A stretch of DNA of 64,000 nucleotides, from positions 2,993-66,992 of the forward strand of contig CACNRD010000005.1 of assembly GCA_902622795.1 (NCBI GenBank). The letters run 5' to 3'. Both the position numbers and the translations under genes were made by a program. Numbering within the stretch: the first letter of the stretch is position 1; each line of letters opens with the position of its first letter. Shown here in pieces: positions 12,983 through 26,300 of this stretch. The DNA comes from an uncultured Pelagibacteraceae bacterium (GTDB lineage: Bacteria; Pseudomonadota; Alphaproteobacteria; Pelagibacterales; Pelagibacteraceae). Below the pieces are notes generated by a model. The model saw only the letters and a list, made by a program, of their open reading frames with translations, was not told the origin of the DNA and ran no database searches.

Positions 12983-14794
12983 TTACTTTTCTTTAGAAAT
13001 CTTAAGAACACCAATAAAAGCCTCTTGGGGTATTTCAACACGTCCAAATTGTTTTGATCTAGCCTTTCCCTTTTTTTGTTTTTCTAATAATTTTCTTTTT
13101 CTGTCTGTAGCACCACCACCATGAATTTTTGTCAAAACGTCTTTTTTAAAACCCTTAATAGTTTCTCTTGCAATAATTTTTCCACCAATTGCAGCTTGCA
13201 CAGGGATCATAAAGTTATGTCTCGGTATAAGATTTTTCAGTTTTTCACAAACTTCCCTACCAGTTCTTTGAGCAAAATCTTTATGAATCATCATTGCTAA
13301 AGCATCAACAGGCTCAGTATTTACTAATATACCTAATTTAACTAAATCACCTTCTCGATGTTCTATTATTTCATAATCAAAACTAGCATAACCACTGGTC
13401 ATTGATTTAAGACGATCATTAAAATCAAAAACTACCTCATTTAAAGGAAGCTCATAATTAACAACTGCTCTATTTCCTGAATAGCTTAGATTTGTTTGTA
13501 TTCCTCTTTTATCCTGACACATTTTGATTATTGATCCTAAATACTGATCTGGAGTAATAATTGTAGCTTTAATCCAAGGCTCTTCTATCATTTTTATTAA
13601 TGTTGGATCCGGCAAACTGGACGGATTTTGCAAATCTACTGTAGTTCCATTATTAAGATACACTTTGTAGACAACTCCGGGAGTAGTGGTTAATAAGTTT
13701 ACATCAAATTCTCTCTCTAATCTTTCAGTCACTATTTCAAGATGAAGCAATCCTAGAAAACCGCACCTGAAACCTAAACCTAAAGCTGAAGATGACTCGG
13801 GTTCAAATGAAAAACTTGCATCATTTAATTGAAGTTTAGCCAGTCCATCTTTAAGTTTTTGATATTCTGAACTATCAACAGGAAACAAGCCACAAAATAC
13901 GACCGGCTTGCTAGGTTTAAATCCTGGCAGAGCATCCTTTAACGGTTTTGTTGCATCACAAATCGTATCACCCACTTTTGTTTCTGAGAGGACTTTAATC
14001 CCTGTTGTTATAAAGCCTATTTCACCTGTATTTAATTCGTTTATGTCTGTTGGTTTAGGTGTGAAAACCCCAACTTTTTCTACAATATATTCTTGGTTGG
14101 TTGACATCATTTTAATTTTCATATTTTTCGATAATTTTCCATCAATCACTCTAACTAAAATTACTACACCTAAGTAAGTGTCATACCAGCTATCAACAAG
14201 TAAACATTTTAAATCTGATGTAGTTTCTCCCTTAGGTGCAGGCAAGGTAGTTATTATTTGCTCTAAAATGTCTTCAATACCTTCTCCAGTTTTACCAGAA
14301 CATGGAATAGCATTTTCAGTATCTATACCAATAACATCCTCAATTTGTTTTTTTGTTTTTTCTAAATCAGATGCTGGTAAATCAACCTTATTTAATACTG
14401 GAACAATTTCATGGTTTGTATCTAAAGCTTGATAAACATTTGCTAAGGTCTGTGCTTCAACACCTTGGGTACTATCGACAATAAGAATAGAGCCCTCACA
14501 TGCGTAAAGTGATCTACTTACCTCATAGCTAAAATCTACGTGACCAGGTGTGTCTATGATGTTTAAAATATATTCTTTACCATCTTTTGCTTTATAATTT
14601 AATTTTACAGTTTGAGCTTTAATTGTAATCCCCCTTTCTCTCTCTATATCCATCGAGTCAAGAACTTGGGCTTTCATTTCTCGTTCTGTTAATCCTCCAC
14701 AACTATGAATTATTCGATCAGCAATAGTAGATTTTCCGTGATCAATATGTGCAATTATTGCAAAATTTCTTATATTATCAATTTCACTGGACAT
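12983..14794 (-). CDS. lepA: elongation factor 4 (LepA)
   Basis: [56 protein letters not shown]. Confidence 0.98.
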   Translation of the reverse strand: MSSEIDNIRNFAIIAHIDHGKSTIADRIIHSCGGLTEREMKAQVLDSMDIERERGITIKAQTVKLNYKAKDGKEYILNIIDTPGHVDFSYEVSRSLYACEGSILIVDSTQGVEAQTLANVYQALDTNHEIVPVLNKVDLPASDLEKTKKQIEDVIGIDTENAIPCSGKTGEGIEDILEQIITTLPAPKGETTSDLKCLLVDSWYDTYLGVVILVRVIDGKLSKNMKIKMMSTNQEYIVEKVGVFTPKPTDINELNTGEIGFITTGIKVLSETKVGDTICDATKPLKDALPGFKPSKPVVFCGLFPVDSSEYQKLKDGLAKLQLNDASFSFEPESSSALGLGFRCGFLGLLHLEIVTERLEREFDVNLLTTTPGVVYKVYLNNGTTVDLQNPSSLPDPTLIKMIEEPWIKATIITPDQYLGSIIKMCQDKRGIQTNLSYSGNRAVVNYELPLNEVVFDFNDRLKSMTSGYASFDYEIIEHREGDLVKLGILVNTEPVDALAMMIHKDFAQRTGREVCEKLKNLIPRHNFMIPVQAAIGGKIIARETIKGFKKDVLTKIHGGGATDRKRKLLEKQKKGKARSKQFGRVEIPQEAFIGVLKISKEK

Positions 14795-17203
14795 TTAGGA
14801 CCTAATTTTCGCGCCTGATTTAGTCTCAACAGTTGAAATTATAAGTTTATTAATTTTTTCAAGATCACTTTCTTCTAATGTTTTTTCTGAAGATTGAATA
14901 GTTACATTGAGAGCTATCGACTTTTTGTCTTTAGGGATATTTTCACCTTCATAGACATCAAAAATTTTAACTGACTTAATTAAACTTTCATCAATGGAAG
15001 ATATTATATCTATTAAATCTTGAGCTTTAAAATGTTTATCAACTACAAAAGCAAAGTCTCTGTCTGATTTTTGATAGTCTGAGATCTTAAATTGAGATTT
15101 TAAGTCTTTAAGTTTAAGTTTTTTATCTTTTAGATAATCCAGATAAATCTCAAAACCAACAAGTGCTTCAGTTTTTATATCAATTTTTTTTGTGATATTT
15201 GGATGAATTTCTCCAAAATAAGCCACCGGATCAATATCATCTTTATCAAGATATACAGAGCCAGATTTTCCTGGATGATAATAAGAAGGTGATTTTTCTC
15301 TTACAAATAAATTTTGCCTCTCATATCCAGCTTCTACTAAAGTCTGAATTACATCTTTTTTTGCATCAAACACATCAACCGATCTATTTTCTTCATTCCA
15401 GTTTAATCTTGATATCTTTCCTGATTTTATAGCTCCTATCACCGTTAATTGTTCACCAGGTTTGTTATCCTTAAAAATCGGTCCTATTTCAAAAAGAGAA
15501 ACGTCTTTAAAACCTCTATCTAAATTTTTCTTGAGATAGGATGTCAAATTAGAAAATATTGAATTTCTTAAAACATCTAAGTCTGAGCTTATTGGATTTA
15601 CTATTTTAATTTCTTTATAATTTTCTTTAAAAAGACTGTTTAATTTTGAATCTGTGAAGGACCAAGTTACAGTTTCAAAATATCCTTTAGATGCTACAGA
15701 GCGCTGCAAAAAATGAAAAAGTTTTTGTTGTTTATTGAGTGTAGCTTTAAGTCTTGTTTTATCTGGTTCCAAAGTTCTTATATTATTGTAACCTTTAATT
15801 CTTACTATTTCTTCAACTATATCTATAGGTTGAGTTATGTCTGGTCTCCAAGAAGGAATTTTTAATTCTAATTCTAATTTTTTCTTAGAAACTTCAAAAC
15901 CTAAATCTGTTAAGATTTTAATAATTTCTTTATCTTTCACCTTAAAGCCTGCAATTCTCTCAAATAAAGAAATGTTAAATTTAATTTTATTTTTTTTATC
16001 TTTTTTAATTTTTTGAACATCAAACTTGCTAACTTTACCTCCACAAATTTCAGTTATTAATTTGGATGCCTTTTTTAGACCCAGTTCAACCGATTGAGGA
16101 TCAATGCCCCTTTCAAATCTAAATTTAGCATCCGTATCAATGTTCAATAGTTTTGAAGTTTTTCTAATAGACCTAGGCAAGAAATATGCGGATTCTAATA
16201 AAATATTTTTAGTATTAAATTCGGTGCCTGAACGTGTGCCTCCGATTATTCCACCTAAACCTAAAACACCAGACTTATCTGAGATAACACACATATCATT
16301 ATCTAATTTATACTCTTTGTTATCAAGAGCTTCAAAAGTTTCACCCTTTACTGAATTTCTAACAATAATTTCTTTATCAATTTTGTCTGCATCGTATGCA
16401 TGAAGGGGTCTATTCAAATCTAGCATTACATAATTAGTTATATCGACAATTGCTGAAATAGATTTTTGACCTAATGACTCGATTTTATCTTTTAGCCATT
16501 TTGGACTTTCTTTGTTTGCCACATCTTTAATTAAGCAACTACCAAAAATAGTGCAACCTTGATTTTTATTTTTTGTAATAGAAATTTTAATTTTTTGAGC
16601 TCCATTATTTTTGATTTTTGTATTTGAAGTATGTTTTAATTTCCCAACTCCTGCTGCTGCAAGATCTCTCGCTATTCCTCTTACGCCTAAACAATCAGGT
16701 CGATTAGGAGTAATTGATAAATCAATAACTTTTTCAGTATTATTTTTGAAAAAATTTTTTCCTACTTTGTCTGAGTATTTATTTGACTTTAGTTCTGTTA
16801 TTCCGTCACTTTCATCAGATAAATTTAATTCAGATTCTGAGCATAACATCCCATATGAAGTTACACCCCTTATTTTACTAACTGTTAGTTTCATTTTGTT
16901 TTTTGGAATTACTGATCCAGGACCTGCATAAACAGTTAAAAGGTCTTTCTTAGCATTGGGTGCACCACAAACAACTTTTACAGTATCTTGTGCACCAATA
17001 TCAACATCACATACTTTAAGCTTGTCTGCATTTGGGTGTTGCTCAGCGTTTATAATTTTTGCCACTTTAAAATTATCTAAGTCAGAACTAACCTTTTCAA
17101 AACTCTCGACTTCAAGCCCAACATCAGTCAATTTCTTAATTATTTCGCTATCCTTGAACTTTGTATCAAGGTGTTCCTTAAGCCAGCCTATTGTAAATTT
17201 CAT
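14795..17203 (-). CDS. pheT: phenylalanine--tRNA ligase beta subunit
   Basis: [49 protein letters not shown]. Confidence 0.98.
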   Translation of the reverse strand: MKFTIGWLKEHLDTKFKDSEIIKKLTDVGLEVESFEKVSSDLDNFKVAKIINAEQHPNADKLKVCDVDIGAQDTVKVVCGAPNAKKDLLTVYAGPGSVIPKNKMKLTVSKIRGVTSYGMLCSESELNLSDESDGITELKSNKYSDKVGKNFFKNNTEKVIDLSITPNRPDCLGVRGIARDLAAAGVGKLKHTSNTKIKNNGAQKIKISITKNKNQGCTIFGSCLIKDVANKESPKWLKDKIESLGQKSISAIVDITNYVMLDLNRPLHAYDADKIDKEIIVRNSVKGETFEALDNKEYKLDNDMCVISDKSGVLGLGGIIGGTRSGTEFNTKNILLESAYFLPRSIRKTSKLLNIDTDAKFRFERGIDPQSVELGLKKASKLITEICGGKVSKFDVQKIKKDKKNKIKFNISLFERIAGFKVKDKEIIKILTDLGFEVSKKKLELELKIPSWRPDITQPIDIVEEIVRIKGYNNIRTLEPDKTRLKATLNKQQKLFHFLQRSVASKGYFETVTWSFTDSKLNSLFKENYKEIKIVNPISSDLDVLRNSIFSNLTSYLKKNLDRGFKDVSLFEIGPIFKDNKPGEQLTVIGAIKSGKISRLNWNEENRSVDVFDAKKDVIQTLVEAGYERQNLFVREKSPSYYHPGKSGSVYLDKDDIDPVAYFGEIHPNITKKIDIKTEALVGFEIYLDYLKDKKLKLKDLKSQFKISDYQKSDRDFAFVVDKHFKAQDLIDIISSIDESLIKSVKIFDVYEGENIPKDKKSIALNVTIQSSEKTLEESDLEKINKLIISTVETKSGAKIRS

Positions 17204-18267
17204 CTACTGAGACCTCTATAATTTGAAGGCACATCTATTGGATCAAATCCAAAATGATTAAGCCACCTATAGTCAGTCTCAAAAAAAGCTCTTAGATCAT
17301 TTATTCCATACTTAAGCATTGCCAACCTATCTATACCAATTCCAAATGCATAGCCTTGATACTTATCTGGATTTATTTTTACATTTTTAAGTACATTTGG
17401 ATGCACCATCCCACAACCCAAAATCTCTAACCATTTATCTCCCTCTCCGATAACTATTTTGCCGTCCTTCAATTCATAACCAATATCAACCTCTGCTGAT
17501 GGCTCTGTAAAAGGAAAGTGGCTTGGTCTAAATCTCATTTTGATTTTGTCTACTTCAAAAAAAGATTTTATAAAATAATCTAAGCAGCCTTTTAAGTGTC
17601 CCATGTTTATATTTTTATCAATATGAAGTCCTTCTACTTGATGAAACATTGGGGCGTGAGTTTGATCACTATCAGATCTATACGTTCTACCAGGAGCAAT
17701 AATTTTAAAAGGAGGTTTACCTTTTAACATTGTTCGTACTTGAACTGGAGATGTGTGAGTTCTTAAAAGTAATTCTTTTTTATCATCTAAATAAAAAGTG
17801 TCATGCATGTCTCTTGCTGGATGGTTGTCTGGTGTATTTAATGCTGTAAAATTATAATGCTCATTTTCCACATCTGGTCCTTCTTCAACGCTAAAACCAA
17901 TTTCAGAAAAGATTGAGGATAATTCATCTATAACTTGAGAAACAGGGTGTATCTTACCTTGTACAATATTTCTTTCGGGCAGTGTTACGTCTATCTTCTC
18001 ATTCTCTAGCTTAGAATTTATTTCTTTAATCTCTATTTGTTCAATTTTTTTGTTAATTTTTACTTGTAACTCATCTTTTACAAAATTTAAATCTGATGCA
18101 AATTTTTTTCTTTCTTCAGCTGGTAAAGATCCGAGATTTTTAAAAGAAGTTGAAATTTTACCATTTTTACCAAATAATTCAGATTTAATTTGATTAACAC
18201 TTTCTATGTTTAAATCCCCATTTAATCTTTCTAAAAATTCGTCTTTAATTTTTTTAATATCAGACAT
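17200..18267 (-). CDS. pheS: phenylalanine--tRNA ligase alpha subunit
   Basis: [46 protein letters not shown]. Confidence 0.98.
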   Translation of the reverse strand: MSDIKKIKDEFLERLNGDLNIESVNQIKSELFGKNGKISTSFKNLGSLPAEERKKFASDLNFVKDELQVKINKKIEQIEIKEINSKLENEKIDVTLPERNIVQGKIHPVSQVIDELSSIFSEIGFSVEEGPDVENEHYNFTALNTPDNHPARDMHDTFYLDDKKELLLRTHTSPVQVRTMLKGKPPFKIIAPGRTYRSDSDQTHAPMFHQVEGLHIDKNINMGHLKGCLDYFIKSFFEVDKIKMRFRPSHFPFTEPSAEVDIGYELKDGKIVIGEGDKWLEILGCGMVHPNVLKNVKINPDKYQGYAFGIGIDRLAMLKYGINDLRAFFETDYRWLNHFGFDPIDVPSNYRGLSR

Positions 18268-18310
18268 ATTAGTAGAATATTTGTTAACCTCAGAAAAACA
18301 ACAATGAAAA

Positions 18311-18667
18311 TTAATTCAATGCTGATTGAGCTTTTTGTACAATTGTTTTGAACGCCTCTGGGCTATCATAGGCAATTTCAGCAAGAATTTTTCTATCTAT
18401 TGCTATACCACATTTACTTAATCCGTTTACGAATTTAGAATATGTCATGCCTTCAGCTCTTACACCGGCATTGATCCTTTGTATCCATAATGATTTAAAG
18501 TCTCTTTTTTTATTTCTTCTATCTCTATAAGCATATTGCATCGATTTTTCCATCGCCTGCTTTGCAACTCTTATAGTATTTTTTCTTCTGCCCCATTGAC
18601 CTTTGACAGCTTTTAAAACTTTTTTATGCTTAGCTTTACTTGTTACTCCTCTTTTAACTCTTGCCAT
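18311..18667 (-). CDS. rplT: 50S ribosomal protein L20
   Basis: [22 protein letters not shown]. Confidence 0.98.
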   Translation of the reverse strand: MARVKRGVTSKAKHKKVLKAVKGQWGRRKNTIRVAKQAMEKSMQYAYRDRRNKKRDFKSLWIQRINAGVRAEGMTYSKFVNGLSKCGIAIDRKILAEIAYDSPEAFKTIVQKAQSALN

Positions 18668-18669
18668 TA

Positions 18670-18876
18670 TTAACCTCTTAAGCTGTAAGGCATATAAGAT
18701 TTAACAATTTTTCCATCTTGCTTGGACATTGTTGTTGTGCCTCTTAATTTTCTAATTTGAGAATTTGTTCTTTTAATCATGCCATGTCTTTTACCAGCTT
18801 GGGCAGTCATCACTTTACCTTTAGCTGATATTTTAAATCTTTTTTTTGCTGAGCTTTTTGTTTTTAATTTTGGCAT
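18670..18876 (-). CDS. rpmI: 50S ribosomal protein L35
   Basis: [15 protein letters not shown]; infC-rpmI-rplT order. Confidence 0.97.
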   Translation of the reverse strand: MPKLKTKSSAKKRFKISAKGKVMTAQAGKRHGMIKRTNSQIRKLRGTTTMSKQDGKIVKSYMPYSLRG

Positions 18877-18887
18877 AATTCAGCGGA

Positions 18888-18916
18888 CTTATACAAAGAA
18901 TGATATAATTTTACAA
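18888..18916 (-). promoter_or_regulatory. candidate sigma70 promoter for rpmI-rplT
   Basis: TTGTAA-N17-TATAAG ending 11 nt before rpmI ATG. Confidence 0.5.
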
Positions 18917-18929
18917 CCTCTATTAAACA

Positions 18930-19475
18930 CTATAAAGGTTGGATAACCATAATCATTTGCTTGCCATCAAATTTTGGATGGAGCTCCACCTTGCCAATAT
19001 CTTTCATATCTTCTTTAATTTTACCCATCAGTTCATTTCCTAGGTGGGAATGTTGTAATTCTCGACCCTTAAACCTTATAGTAAATTTTACTTTATCTCC
19101 TTTGGCGATGAATTTTTTTGCATTTTTAACTTTAAAATCATAATCATGAGTTTCCGTTACAGGTCTCATTTTAATTTCTTTTAATAAAACTATTTTTTGT
19201 TTCTTTTTTGCAAGATTTGCTTTTTTTTGGGCATCATATTTGTATTTACCCATGTCCATAATTTTACAAACAGGCGGGTTAGCGTTAGGAGCTATTTCAA
19301 TTAAATCTAATCCTTGATTTTTTGCAATTGAGATAGCTTCGTTGGTATTTAGCACACCAAGATTTTTACCATCGCTTGCTATTACCTGAACATCTGGAGA
19401 GGAAATTCTATTGTTAGATCTTGGGCCTCTGTCCTTAGTTCTTCTTTGAAAATAATTTTGTTTAAAATCTGCCAC
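18930..19475 (-). CDS. infC: translation initiation factor IF-3
   Basis: GLDLIEIAPNANPPVCKIMD, KEIKMRP, GDKVKFTIRFKGRE; GTG start abutting thrS stop. Confidence 0.97.
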   Translation of the reverse strand: MADFKQNYFQRRTKDRGPRSNNRISSPDVQVIASDGKNLGVLNTNEAISIAKNQGLDLIEIAPNANPPVCKIMDMGKYKYDAQKKANLAKKKQKIVLLKEIKMRPVTETHDYDFKVKNAKKFIAKGDKVKFTIRFKGRELQHSHLGNELMGKIKEDMKDIGKVELHPKFDGKQMIMVIQPL

Positions 19476-21393
19476 TTAGTTTAGGGATGCTTTGTTTAAA
19501 GCAGAGAAAGTTTTTAAGAATGTGTCTATGTCCATAGTTTCTTGTTTGTTAGAATCTAATCTTCTAATCGTTACAGATTTGGAGTCAACTTCTTTTTTAC
19601 CACAAATTAATAAAAGAGGTATTTTGGCCAACGAATGATCTCTTATTTTATAATTTAAATTTTGATTTTTTAAATCAACAGAAGAACTGATGCCTACATT
19701 TTTAATTTTCTTAGATATCTCAATAGCATAATCATTAAATTCTTCTGAAATAGGAATTACCATTGTTTGTAGAGGTGATATCCAGAAAGGAAATTTACCT
19801 GCGTAGTTTTCAATCAATATTCCAATAAATCTCTCTAAAGATCCAAATAGTGCTCTATGAAGCATTACAGGAATTTTTTTGGTTCCATCTTTATCAACAT
19901 AAGAAGCCCCTAATCTTTCAGGTAAATTTAAATCAACTTGCAAAGTTCCACACTGCCAATCTCTACCAATTGCATCCCTTAAAACAAACTCAATTTTAGG
20001 GCCATAAAATGCTCCTTCTCCCTTGTTAATACTATATTCTAACTTTGATGCTTTCACTGCTTCAAGTAAGGATGCTTCTGCTTTGTCCCAAACTTCGTCT
20101 TCACCAACTCTCACTTTGGGTCTATCTGCATATTTAAGAATTACATTTTCAAACCCAAGGTCTTTATAAATATCTAAAATTAAATTAGTGACAATTAAAC
20201 ACTCACTTGTAATTTGATCCTCAGAACAAAAAATATGTGCATCATCTTGAGTAAAAGCACGTACTCTTAATAAACCATGTAGTGCACCTGACGGTTCATA
20301 TCGATGAACTTTTCCAAATTCTGCATATCGTAAAGGAAGATCTCGATAACTTTTTAGTCCTTGATTAAATACCTGAACATGTCCTGGACAATTCATAGGT
20401 TTTATTGCAAACACCTTTTCATCTGGAGTTTCGGATGTGTACATGTTGTCGCCATATTTACCCCAATGACCTGATTTTTCCCATAATTGTCTATCCAATA
20501 CCTCTGGTGTATTAATTTCTTTGTAACCAGCTGTATCCTGCCTCTGTCTCATATAATTAATTAAATTTTGAAATAACGCCCAGCCTCTTTCGTGCCAAAA
20601 AAACAGACCCTGGACTTTCTTCTCTAAAATGAAATAAATCCATTTCTCTTCCTAATTTTCTATGATCTCTTTTTTCTGCTTCTTCTATTCTTTTAAGATG
20701 TTCATCTAAATCTTTTTGAGTAGCCCAACTAGTACCATATATTCTTTGAAGCATTTCATTTTTTGAATCCCCCCTCCAATAAGCGCCCGAAACTTTTGTT
20801 AGTTTAAAATATTTTCCTATTTTACCTGTTGAGGATAGGTGGGGACCTCTGCAAAGATCATGCCAATCTCCATGAAAATAAATTGAGACATCTTCATTTT
20901 CTGGGATAGCTTTAATTAACTCAGATTTATAAATTTCACCTTTTTTTTTGAAATGATCAATAGCTTTATTCCTCTCCCAAACTTCTCTCTTGGTAATTTC
21001 ATCTCTATCAACAATTTCTCTCATTTTATTTTCAATTTTCACTAAATCTTCTTCAGTGAATGACTCTTTTCTGGCAAAGTCATAATAAAATCCATTTTCA
21101 ATAACTGGACCAATTGTAACCTGTGTGCCTGGAAACAATTCCTGAACAGCCATTGCCAAAATATGAGCTGTGTCATGTCTAATTGTTTCCAAACCTTCTG
21201 GATTTTTAGAAGTAAAAATTTTTACTGAACAATCTTTTTCTATTAAATGATCTAAATCTTTAAGTTCGCCATCAACACTTATAACCATTGCTTGTTTAGC
21301 TAAAGACTTACTTATTTTCTCAGCTATCTCAGCTCCAGTAACTTTTTTTGGAAAATTTAGATTGTTTCCGTCTGGTAATGTTATTGTAGGCAT
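19476..21393 (-). CDS. thrS: threonine--tRNA ligase, split into two ORFs (20557-21393 and 19476-20552) by one extra base in a T7 run at 20597-20603
   Basis: TGS domain, [20 protein letters not shown] in ORF1; [42 protein letters not shown] in ORF2; removing one T restores [24 protein letters not shown]. Confidence 0.95.
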
Positions 21394-22548
21394 TTAATTT
21401 AATAATCTTTTATACTCTGAATAAGTAGAAAAACACATTTTTTCAACATTAAATCTTTGAGTAGCATTTTTTCTTGCCTCTATTCCAAGCATTTTTAAAG
21501 ATGTCTCATCCATATTAAAAACTCTCAAAATCTGTTTACTTAAAGATTTGGCGTTATTTGTCTCAAATAAAAAACCTGTTTTTTCATTAATGATTGTTTC
21601 ATTAGAACCACCAATATTGCTTGCTATAATTGGTTTTCCCATTGATTGTGCCTCTACTGACACTCTTCCAAAAGCCTCTGGTTCATTGGAAGCTGAAACT
21701 ATCATATCTGAAACTTTGTAAGCCAAAGGCATATTTTTGCAATGATCTATAAATCGTATTTGTTTTGACATTCTATATTGTTCAGAGAGTCTAATTAATT
21801 TTTTTTTATAAAGTTCACGACCCTGATCGCTTCCTAAAATAACTGTATAAAATGCTTCATATCCAAGTTCTATATTAATCAAATTAATCGCCTCTATAAA
21901 TACTTCCTGACCTTTCCATGAAGTTAATCTTCCAGGCAAAAGTATTATTTTTTTATCCTTCTCAATATCCCATTGTTTTAATAATTTTTTTTCATCACTT
22001 TCAAGAAGTGTAGATGAGTCAAAATAATCTACATTAATACCTCTGAAGATTACTAAAAATTTTTTATTATTATTTAAATATTTAGAATAATTTTCTTTAA
22101 TATGAGAAAAAATAAAATTTGACCCTGCAATAATCAAATCAGATCTTACCATTGCAGAATTATAAAGTTTTTTAAGATTACTTTTAAAATTATAAGTACC
22201 ATGAAAAGTTGTTACAAATTTTCTTCTAGTAATTTTTGATGCTAATAAACAGGACCATGCTGGTGCTCGGCTTCGAGCATGAACTACTGAAATATTATTA
22301 ACTAAAATAATTCCAATTAAAATGATTGAATTAATAAAAATCAATAAAGGATTTTTACTTTGTACTGGAAGCTTGAAAATTTTTACTTTTTTTTTATCAA
22401 CAAACTTAAGTAGTTCACCACCACTAGTGACAATAAATGATTCACAATTATTTTCAGGCAAATAATGGGCTATATCAAAGCAGCCTGTTTCTGCCCCCCC
22501 ATACCCTAATTTGGGAATGACTTGTAAAACTTTTAAATTAGTTGCCAT
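21394..22548 (-). CDS. glycosyltransferase family 4 protein
   Basis: GGAE, HARSRAPAW, TTFHG, GRLTSWKGQ, PEAFGRVSVEAQ. Confidence 0.92.
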   Translation of the reverse strand: MATNLKVLQVIPKLGYGGAETGCFDIAHYLPENNCESFIVTSGGELLKFVDKKKVKIFKLPVQSKNPLLIFINSIILIGIILVNNISVVHARSRAPAWSCLLASKITRRKFVTTFHGTYNFKSNLKKLYNSAMVRSDLIIAGSNFIFSHIKENYSKYLNNNKKFLVIFRGINVDYFDSSTLLESDEKKLLKQWDIEKDKKIILLPGRLTSWKGQEVFIEAINLINIELGYEAFYTVILGSDQGRELYKKKLIRLSEQYRMSKQIRFIDHCKNMPLAYKVSDMIVSASNEPEAFGRVSVEAQSMGKPIIASNIGGSNETIINEKTGFLFETNNAKSLSKQILRVFNMDETSLKMLGIEARKNATQRFNVEKMCFSTYSEYKRLLN

Positions 22549-22589
22549 CTGATAAACTTATATATTATTAGACAAAATATATAAACGAA

Positions 22590-23333
22590 ATGGCAAATTT
22601 CAGATATCATAAGATCTCAAAAACCAAGAAAATTAGATATATTTCTAACATTTATAAAAATAGTTTGTGCATAGTTTTTCTGCATGGATTTATGTCAGAT
22701 CTTGAAGGAGAAAAGCCTAAAGCAATATTAAATTTTGCAAAAAAAAATAAAATTAACTTCCTAGCACTTGAGTATTCTGGACATGGTAAATCTTCAGGAG
22801 AATTTACAAAGGGTAATATTTCAAAATGGAGTGACGAAACTTCAAAATTAATTAAAAAATACGTAAAAAATGAGAAAATAATACTTATAGGTTCAAGTAT
22901 GGGTGCTTGGATTGCTTTAAAACAATTTAAAATTTTTAAAAATCAAATAACTGGTTTTTTAGGAATTGGGTCAGCTCCTGAATTTTTAGAAAATATTATG
23001 TGGAAAAAATTTTCAAAAAAAATTAAAAAAGAAATGATTGCAAAAGGGATTTATAATTTAAAACATGGAAATTATGAATATCCTATAACATATCAACTAA
23101 TTAAAGATGGAAGAAAAAACAAAGTTTTAAATAAAAAAATTAATTTAAAAATTAAGGTTACTATGGTTCATGGAGAAAAAGATGAGGCTGTTAAGGTTTC
23201 CTATTCTAGAAAAGTTTTAAAACTTTTTCCAAATGCAAAGAAAAAATTAAATGTAGTCAAAAATGGTGATCATAGTTTGTCTAGTAAGAAAGGTCTAAAA
23301 ATAATACTTAAAGAGTTGAAACTAATAATCTAA
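22590..23333 (+). CDS. alpha/beta hydrolase
   Basis: FLHGFMSD, GHGKS, GSSMG nucleophile elbow, HGEKD, GDHSLS. Confidence 0.92.
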   Translation: MANFRYHKISKTKKIRYISNIYKNSLCIVFLHGFMSDLEGEKPKAILNFAKKNKINFLALEYSGHGKSSGEFTKGNISKWSDETSKLIKKYVKNEKIILIGSSMGAWIALKQFKIFKNQITGFLGIGSAPEFLENIMWKKFSKKIKKEMIAKGIYNLKHGNYEYPITYQLIKDGRKNKVLNKKINLKIKVTMVHGEKDEAVKVSYSRKVLKLFPNAKKKLNVVKNGDHSLSSKKGLKIILKELKLII

Positions 23334-26300
23334 CTAACTTTTTTAATGCCTTTAAGAGTTATTGGGTTGTCTAGTTTATCTAACATTTCTTTAGGACAAA
23401 CTTGAACAAAATTAATTAACTCTTCGTCGTAATTTTTAATTATATTTCTTGAAAATTCAGATCCTGTTTCCTTAGAATGTTCAGATATTAAATTCTTTAA
23501 AATTTTTTTCCAATAATCTGTTTCTACAGTTTGCCAAACAACTGACTCAGGATTTACTTTTTTTGTAAATTGGCGCGATTTATCGTAAATAAAAGCCATA
23601 CCACCTGTCATTCCTGCTGCAAAATTATCTCCTACCTCTCCTAAAATTACTACCATTCCACCTGTCATATATTCACAACCATTTGAATCACATCCCTCGA
23701 TCACTGTTGTAGCTCCAGAATTTCTTACAGCAAATCTTTCTCCTGCTTGACCTGCCGCAAAAAGTTTACCCGAAGTTGCGCCATAAAGAACTGTATTTCC
23801 TAAAATTGTATTTTCATTAGAAACTAAATTACTTTCCTCTGGCAATTTAATTGAAATTGTTGCACCTGATAAACCTTTTCCAACATAGTCGTTAGCATCT
23901 CCCTTAAGAACTAATTTTAAACCTTTAGAAGAAAATGCTCCAAAAGATTGTCCAGCAGAGCCTTTAAAATTTAAAATTAAAAAATCATCATTAAGTTTTT
24001 CATATCCATATTTTTTGTAGAGGTGATGAGAAATTCTTGTTCCAACAGCTCTATGAGTATTTTGTATTGGATAAACTTTTTCAATTTTTTCTGAACTGTC
24101 TAAAGACTTTTCTATTTCAGGCCAAATCTCTTGATCCAAAGTATCTGGTACACTATTTATTTCTGGATTATCACAATACCTTTTATTATTTCCCGTATCA
24201 GTTTGAACAAATAGTGGATTTAAATCTAAATCATCTAAATTTGGAGATCCTTTACTAACCTGTTTTAATAAATCGGTTCTACCAATTATATCATTTAAAG
24301 ATTTAAATCCTAGTTTTGCTAATATTTCTCTTACTTCAGTTCCAATGAATGTGAAAAGATTGACTATCTTTTCTGGTGTACCAGTAAATTTTTCTCTCAA
24401 TTTTTCATCTTGAGTACAAACACCTACTGGACATGTGTTTGAATGACATTGTCTTACCATAATGCAGCCCATTGCCACCAAAGCTGTAGTAGCAACACCA
24501 TACTCTTCAGCGCCCATCATGGCTGCAATAACAACATCTCTTCCAGTTTTAATTCCTCCGTCAGTTCTCAAAGTAACTTTGTGTCTAAGGTTATTTAAAG
24601 TTAAAACTTGATTAGCTTCAGTCAAACCCATTTCCCATGGTATTCCAACATATTTAACACTTGTTTGAGGTGTTGCTCCGGTTCCACCATTATGTCCTGA
24701 TATTAAAATTATATCTGCTTTAGCTTTAGCAACACCAGCTGCAATTGTTCCAACACCAGAGGAAGCAACTAGTTTTACCCCTATTCTTGCTTTAGGATTA
24801 ATTTGTTTCAAATCATAAATTAATTGCGCAAGATCTTCGATTGAATAAATGTCGTGATGTGGTGGAGGGGAAATTAATGTTACTCCTGGTGTAGAATGTC
24901 TAAGTCTTGCGATTTCCTTCGTAATCTTAAATCCTGGAAGCTGTCCGCCTTCTCCTGGTTTTGCACCTTGTGCAATTTTAATTTCAATTTCATTACAATT
25001 ATTTAAGTAATTAACTGTTACTCCAAATCTTGCAGAAGCTATTTGTTTTACTCTAGAATTTGCGCTATCTCCATTTTCCAATACCTTAAATCTTTTTTCA
25101 TCCTCTCCTCCTTCTCCACTGCAAGAGGCACCTTTAATTCTATTCATTCCAGTAGCTAATGTTTCATGAGCTTCTTTTGACAAGGCACCATGTGACATGC
25201 TCCCACTTCCAAATCTTTTTAATATATTTGCTAGAGGCTCGACTTCCGAAATATCAATTTGTTCTTTTAATTTTTTTGTTCTAAAGTCAATTAAATCTCT
25301 TAAATTTATTGGTGGTAGATTATAAATACCCTCTGCATATCTTTTGTAAGCATCATAAGAATTAGAGCCCACTGCACTTTGAAGTAAATGAATTAATTTT
25401 CCTTGATACTGATGAGTTTCACCATTTTTTCTATATCTATAAATTCCGCCTATAGGTAGTACTGTGTCACTACTTTCAAAAGCTTCTTTATGTATTTCTC
25501 TAATTTTTTTTTCAATTCCTGTTAGTCCTATGCCTGAAATTTTTGACACTACTCCTGGAAAATAATCTGCAACAATTGTTCTACTTAAACCAACCGTTTC
25601 AAAGTTACATCCGCCTCTATAAGAACTTAAGACAGAAATACCCATCTTTGACATTATTTTTAGAAGTCCTGCATTTACCGACTTGATATATCTTTCAACA
25701 CACTCATCAAAACTAAATTTTCCAAACAATTTCTTTTCATGCCTATGATATAAGCTGTCAAAAGCTATGTATGGATTTACTGTAGTTGCACCAACTCCAA
25801 TTAAAGTTGCAAAAGAGTGTGTATCCATTGCTTCACCTGACTGAACATTAATAGAAACGTACCCTCTCAATTTTTTTTCAATTAAAAATGAATTAATTGC
25901 ACCAACTGCAAGCAACATTGGAATTGGAAGCTTCATACTTGAAAGTTCTTTGTCACTTAAAATTAATTGTGTAACTCCTTGTCTTACTGCTATCTCCGCA
26001 TCTTTTTGAATTCTTTTTATAGACTCATGCAAATTTTCATTGTCTGAGAATGTGCAATCAATTATTGAAGAATTTTTCCCAAAAAAATTGATAAATTTCT
26101 CAAATTGTGAATTTGATAAAATTGGACTGTTTAAAACATAAATATTTTGCTTTGTTAGATTGTCAAAATTAAGGATATTTCCAAGATTTCCAAATCTTGT
26201 TTTTAGACTCATCACTTTATTTTCTCTTAAAGAGTCTATTGGAGGATTTGTTACTTGGCTGAAGTTTTGTCTAAAAAAATGATATAGAGGTCTATATCTG

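Noticed and set aside
12869-13057. 62-aa ORF MIIKLYLLAERMGFEP...
   Set aside because: Antisense translation of tRNA-Ser and the end of lepA
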